Below are positions 61,297 through 64,000 of a stretch of 64,000 nt of DNA, one piece after another. Each line of letters begins with the position of its first letter. The first letter of the stretch is position 1. This stretch comes from Bacillota bacterium (GTDB taxonomy: Bacteria > Macinerneyibacteriota > Macinerneyibacteria > Macinerneyibacteriales > DSCS01). The stretch lies in contig DSCS01000029.1 of the NCBI GenBank assembly GCA_011048995.1, positions 5,942 through 69,941 on the forward strand, in the 5' to 3' direction. The translations under genes and the position numbers were made by a program. The notes under the pieces were generated by a model. The model saw only the letters and a program-made list of their open reading frames with translations, was not told the origin of the DNA and made no database searches.

Positions 61297-64000
61297 ATGG
61301 CTGCGGATCTCGATAAAAAACTTTTACAAGTATCAAAATTTATCCAGAAAGGCCAATTTGAACGGGCTGTAAAAGAGTACAAAAAACTAGCCACCATTCA
61401 TAAAAAAGACCCTAAGATCCTTAACTCTCTGGGGGATACCTACATCAAGATGAAAGAAGTGGATCTTGCCATGGAGGTCTTTAATGATGTAGCCGACAAA
61501 TATATCAAAGACGGTTTTTATCCCAACGCTATTGCCATTTTTCGGAAAATGCTTCGGTTCAAACCTGATGAGATCGAAGTCAAATTGCGTCTGGCGGACC
61601 TCTATGTCAAAGTGGGTATGTTTTCCGATGCGGAGTTTTACTATAATCAATTTGCAGACCATTATGTTCATCGGGGAGAGATCATTAAAGCGATACCGGC
61701 CTTTGAAAAGATCTGCTCTATCAATCCGGAAAATATCGAATTGAGAAAGACTTTGGCCGGACTTTATTTCCGTGTAGAGAATATTGATAAAATGTTCTCC
61801 ATGTATAAAGAGGTCTTTGATTATCTGATGCAAAAAAAAGACAATGAAGGATTGGCGGATGTCTTTAATACGGTTACCGCGATATCCAATAAAAATAACC
61901 TCTTAACGAGTCCGACCTATTTTACGATTTTTGAGCAGTATATTACTTATCTTCATAAAATGAATGAAGGAAGCCTGGCCAAAAAGAGCGCCATGGATAT
62001 GGCGGCAATTTATATGGGCTTGGGCAATCAAAGATGGGCCCAAGCACTTTACAATAAAGTCTTAGAGCTTGACCCGGGGGAGATGAGCGCGCGGATCAAG
62101 CTTATTGAGTTTTACAAAGAGCTGGGTGAATCGAAGCTTCTCGTGGAAGAATACTTAAAAATGGCCCAATACCTAAAAGAGACGGATCCTTCACGGGCCA
62201 ATGTGATTTATTCGGAAGTGCTACAGTTGGACCCGGACAACGTGGAAGCCCGGACGGCTCTTCATAAGGAAGAAAAAGCGGAGAAGCCGCAAGTCGCTAA
62301 GGAAGAAAAGAAAATCAAAGAGCCGGCGGCGAAATCCCCTTCAGCCGAGGAAAGCGAAACGCCGGCGGATCTTGTGGAAACACCTGAAATCGAGACACAG
62401 ATCTACAATGAGGAAGAAAAGGACACCGGCATCGACCTGTCAGTAGAATCAGTCGAAGCTTCTACGGGAGATGATTTTAAGGAAAAACTTCAATCGGTGG
62501 ACCTTGCTCCGGAAACCGCTGATGATGAGCCTGAGATCACTGTTGAGATCGAAGAAGAGAAAGAAGAAACACAAGAGGCATCGCCGATTGAAACGGAATC
62601 TGTACAGCGTAAAAAAGGCTATTTTGACGATGATGAAGAGATGAATATTGAATTTGAGGTAGAAGTAGGGTCTCAGGGGCAATTGGAGGTTAAAGAGAAG
62701 CCGGATCAAAACGAAAGCCTGGAGACAGCCTTATCCGATATCTTTTCACAATACAGCGACAAATTGGGGAATGAAGAGAGCCTTTTGACAAAGATCAACG
62801 AGATGGATAGTGAAGAATTCATTCCCTCCGTTGATGAGATCGTCAATACCTTCAAAAAAGGGCTTGAAGAACAATTGGGAGGAGATCCCCAGGCGCATTA
62901 TGATATGGGGATCGCTTACAAAGAGATGGGGCTTTATGACAGTGCTATCGGAGAATTCAGAAGATTAGCCCTGCTGCCCCAATTCCGTTTTAAAAGCCTC
63001 AATCTTTTGGCTCAATGCCTGGTGGAAAAGGGCGACTACCAGGAAGGGGTCGATGAATTTCTGGAAGTACTCGGGGATGAAGAATTATCCGTCGAAGAGC
63101 GGGACGGAGTCCTCTATAATATTATGGTCGCTTATTACCGGGCTGAAAAATACGCAGAGTCTTTCGATTATTATCAAAAACTCAGCAGTGTTCAGATTTT
63201 CAAAAAAGATGAGTTGTTCAATGAGATCAGGAAAAAACTGATGACCTTATTCAGTGACAGCATGAAAGAAGAGGATAAGGAAACAGCGGATCTGACAATT
63301 GAGCATGATGAAAACCCCTTTGGAGAAAGTGAGGCTGAAGAGGTTGTGATTTCCGCGGATGAACCGGACGAAGGAACTCATGACGAAGAGGAGATCTATG
63401 AAGAATCTCATGAGGAGTTTCTCCAGGAGAAGCCTGCTCAAGAATCTTTTGAAGCCTCTTCTGTCATAACGCAAAACTTGCTTTCAGAAATCGAAGAGTT
63501 GAAAGAATCTGTTGCCACAAACGAGGACTTGATCAAAGATAACTCGGAACTCATTACCTTATTGCTGCAATCCCGCGAAGAGATGCTGCAGTTAAAAGCT
63601 GATGTCGAAACTCTGGCCAGACGGCTGGAACGATTCGACGATTATCTCTCCCGTCTGGATGCTTTAGAAGAGAAGGCCGACCACGTCAGCCGCCTTCCCT
63701 CTTTGGAGGAGGATGATGCCATTTCTTTAGAAGAAAAACGCCTTTTGATCAGGGATTTGAAAAGTTTGAAAGCAGAGATTGAAAAGCAAGAGTTTACGGA
63801 GACTTTAGATTTTATACGCCGTTTGAAAGACGGCGGCGGAGATGATTTTATCCGTAATCTCTCTGTTGGGACAGAAAGGCTGACAAGGGAGCTGGAAGAA
63901 GCCCGGCGGACTCTTCAGAACCTTTCTTCGGAGGCGGGCAGAAAAGGATCTGATGAGAAGTCTTCTGCGGAATTATTGTTGACGCCTGAAGAAGAGGCGG
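61297..64000 (+). CDS. Large TPR, polyacidic and coiled-coil protein, truncated by the window end (more than 900 aa).
   Basis: N-terminal TPRs, then an acidic tract (EEKAEKPQVAKEEKKIKEPAAKSP...EIEEEKEETQE), a second TPR block (AHYDMGIAYKEMGLYDSAIGEF), and C-terminal heptad-like repeats. The frame stays open to position 64000. Confidence 0.7.
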   Translation, partial: MAADLDKKLLQVSKFIQKGQFERAVKEYKKLATIHKKDPKILNSLGDTYIKMKEVDLAMEVFNDVADKYIKDGFYPNAIAIFRKMLRFKPDEIEVKLRLADLYVKVGMFSDAEFYYNQFADHYVHRGEIIKAIPAFEKICSINPENIELRKTLAGLYFRVENIDKMFSMYKEVFDYLMQKKDNEGLADVFNTVTAISNKNNLLTSPTYFTIFEQYITYLHKMNEGSLAKKSAMDMAAIYMGLGNQRWAQALYNKVLELDPGEMSARIKLIEFYKELGESKLLVEEYLKMAQYLKETDPSRANVIYSEVLQLDPDNVEARTALHKEEKAEKPQVAKEEKKIKEPAAKSPSAEESETPADLVETPEIETQIYNEEEKDTGIDLSVESVEASTGDDFKEKLQSVDLAPETADDEPEITVEIEEEKEETQEASPIETESVQRKKGYFDDDEEMNIEFEVEVGSQGQLEVKEKPDQNESLETALSDIFSQYSDKLGNEESLLTKINEMDSEEFIPSVDEIVNTFKKGLEEQLGGDPQAHYDMGIAYKEMGLYDSAIGEFRRLALLPQFRFKSLNLLAQCLVEKGDYQEGVDEFLEVLGDEELSVEERDGVLYNIMVAYYRAEKYAESFDYYQKLSSVQIFKKDELFNEIRKKLMTLFSDSMKEEDKETADLTIEHDENPFGESEAEEVVISADEPDEGTHDEEEIYEESHEEFLQEKPAQESFEASSVITQNLLSEIEELKESVATNEDLIKDNSELITLLLQSREEMLQLKADVETLARRLERFDDYLSRLDALEEKADHVSRLPSLEEDDAISLEEKRLLIRDLKSLKAEIEKQEFTETLDFIRRLKDGGGDDFIRNLSVGTERLTRELEEARRTLQNLSSEAGRKGSDEKSSAELLLTPEEEA

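Overview
This window looks like a gene-dense, syntenic core chromosomal segment from a Gram-negative bacterium, with no sign of a genomic island. It is probably an uncultivated FCB-group lineage (Bacteroidota/Fibrobacterota-like). That guess is low confidence and rests on TPR-rich proteins, a LapA/LapB pair, a giant SprA-like outer-membrane protein and bactofilins. No rRNA, tRNA, CRISPR array, transposase, integrase or recognisable defence gene is visible.

Most genes are housekeeping and lie on the + strand, with heavy start/stop overlap between neighbours:
- Redox and central metabolism: trxB, pgi, pyrE, coaX, dxs, rpe, an aminotransferase, and ltaE (- strand).
- DNA, RNA and translation: tlyA-nadK-recN, dtd-maf-rsmB, gyrB-gyrA, lapA-lapB, mutS-mutL, rplU-rpmA-obg, dprA-smg, ligA, efp.

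The regions I cannot assign to known families are the better candidates for a novel system:
1. 1581-4908 (four-gene membrane operon), followed at 4925-6166 by a TPR lipoprotein. This is the strongest candidate. The four tightly coupled genes all encode integral membrane proteins (one with a signal peptide and an Ig/FN3-like ectodomain), they have their own sigma70-like promoter, and I recognise no known family.
2. 17863-24964. A 1672-aa SprA/Sov-like giant outer-membrane protein and a start/stop-coupled 699-aa exported protein of unknown function sit inside the tlyA-nadK-recN...rsmB-rpe housekeeping operon.
3. 9806-11351. A bactofilin and an M23 peptidase overlap.
4. 29242-32769. A lipoprotein, a terminator, a second bactofilin-like protein, then a Thermus-type EF-G-2 paralog with an altered G4 motif.
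5. 57238-64000. A Roadblock/LC7 (MglB-like) protein, EF-P and an orphan PilT-type ATPase are flanked by two large TPR proteins with long polyacidic tracts. There is no MglA-like GTPase and no other pilus gene in the window.

Several ORFs in the supplied track are N-terminally over-extended (33550, 51255, 7370, 46628, 10110, 135). Others are antisense artefacts inside real genes. The gene starts given below were chosen using RBS positions and terminators read from the sequence.
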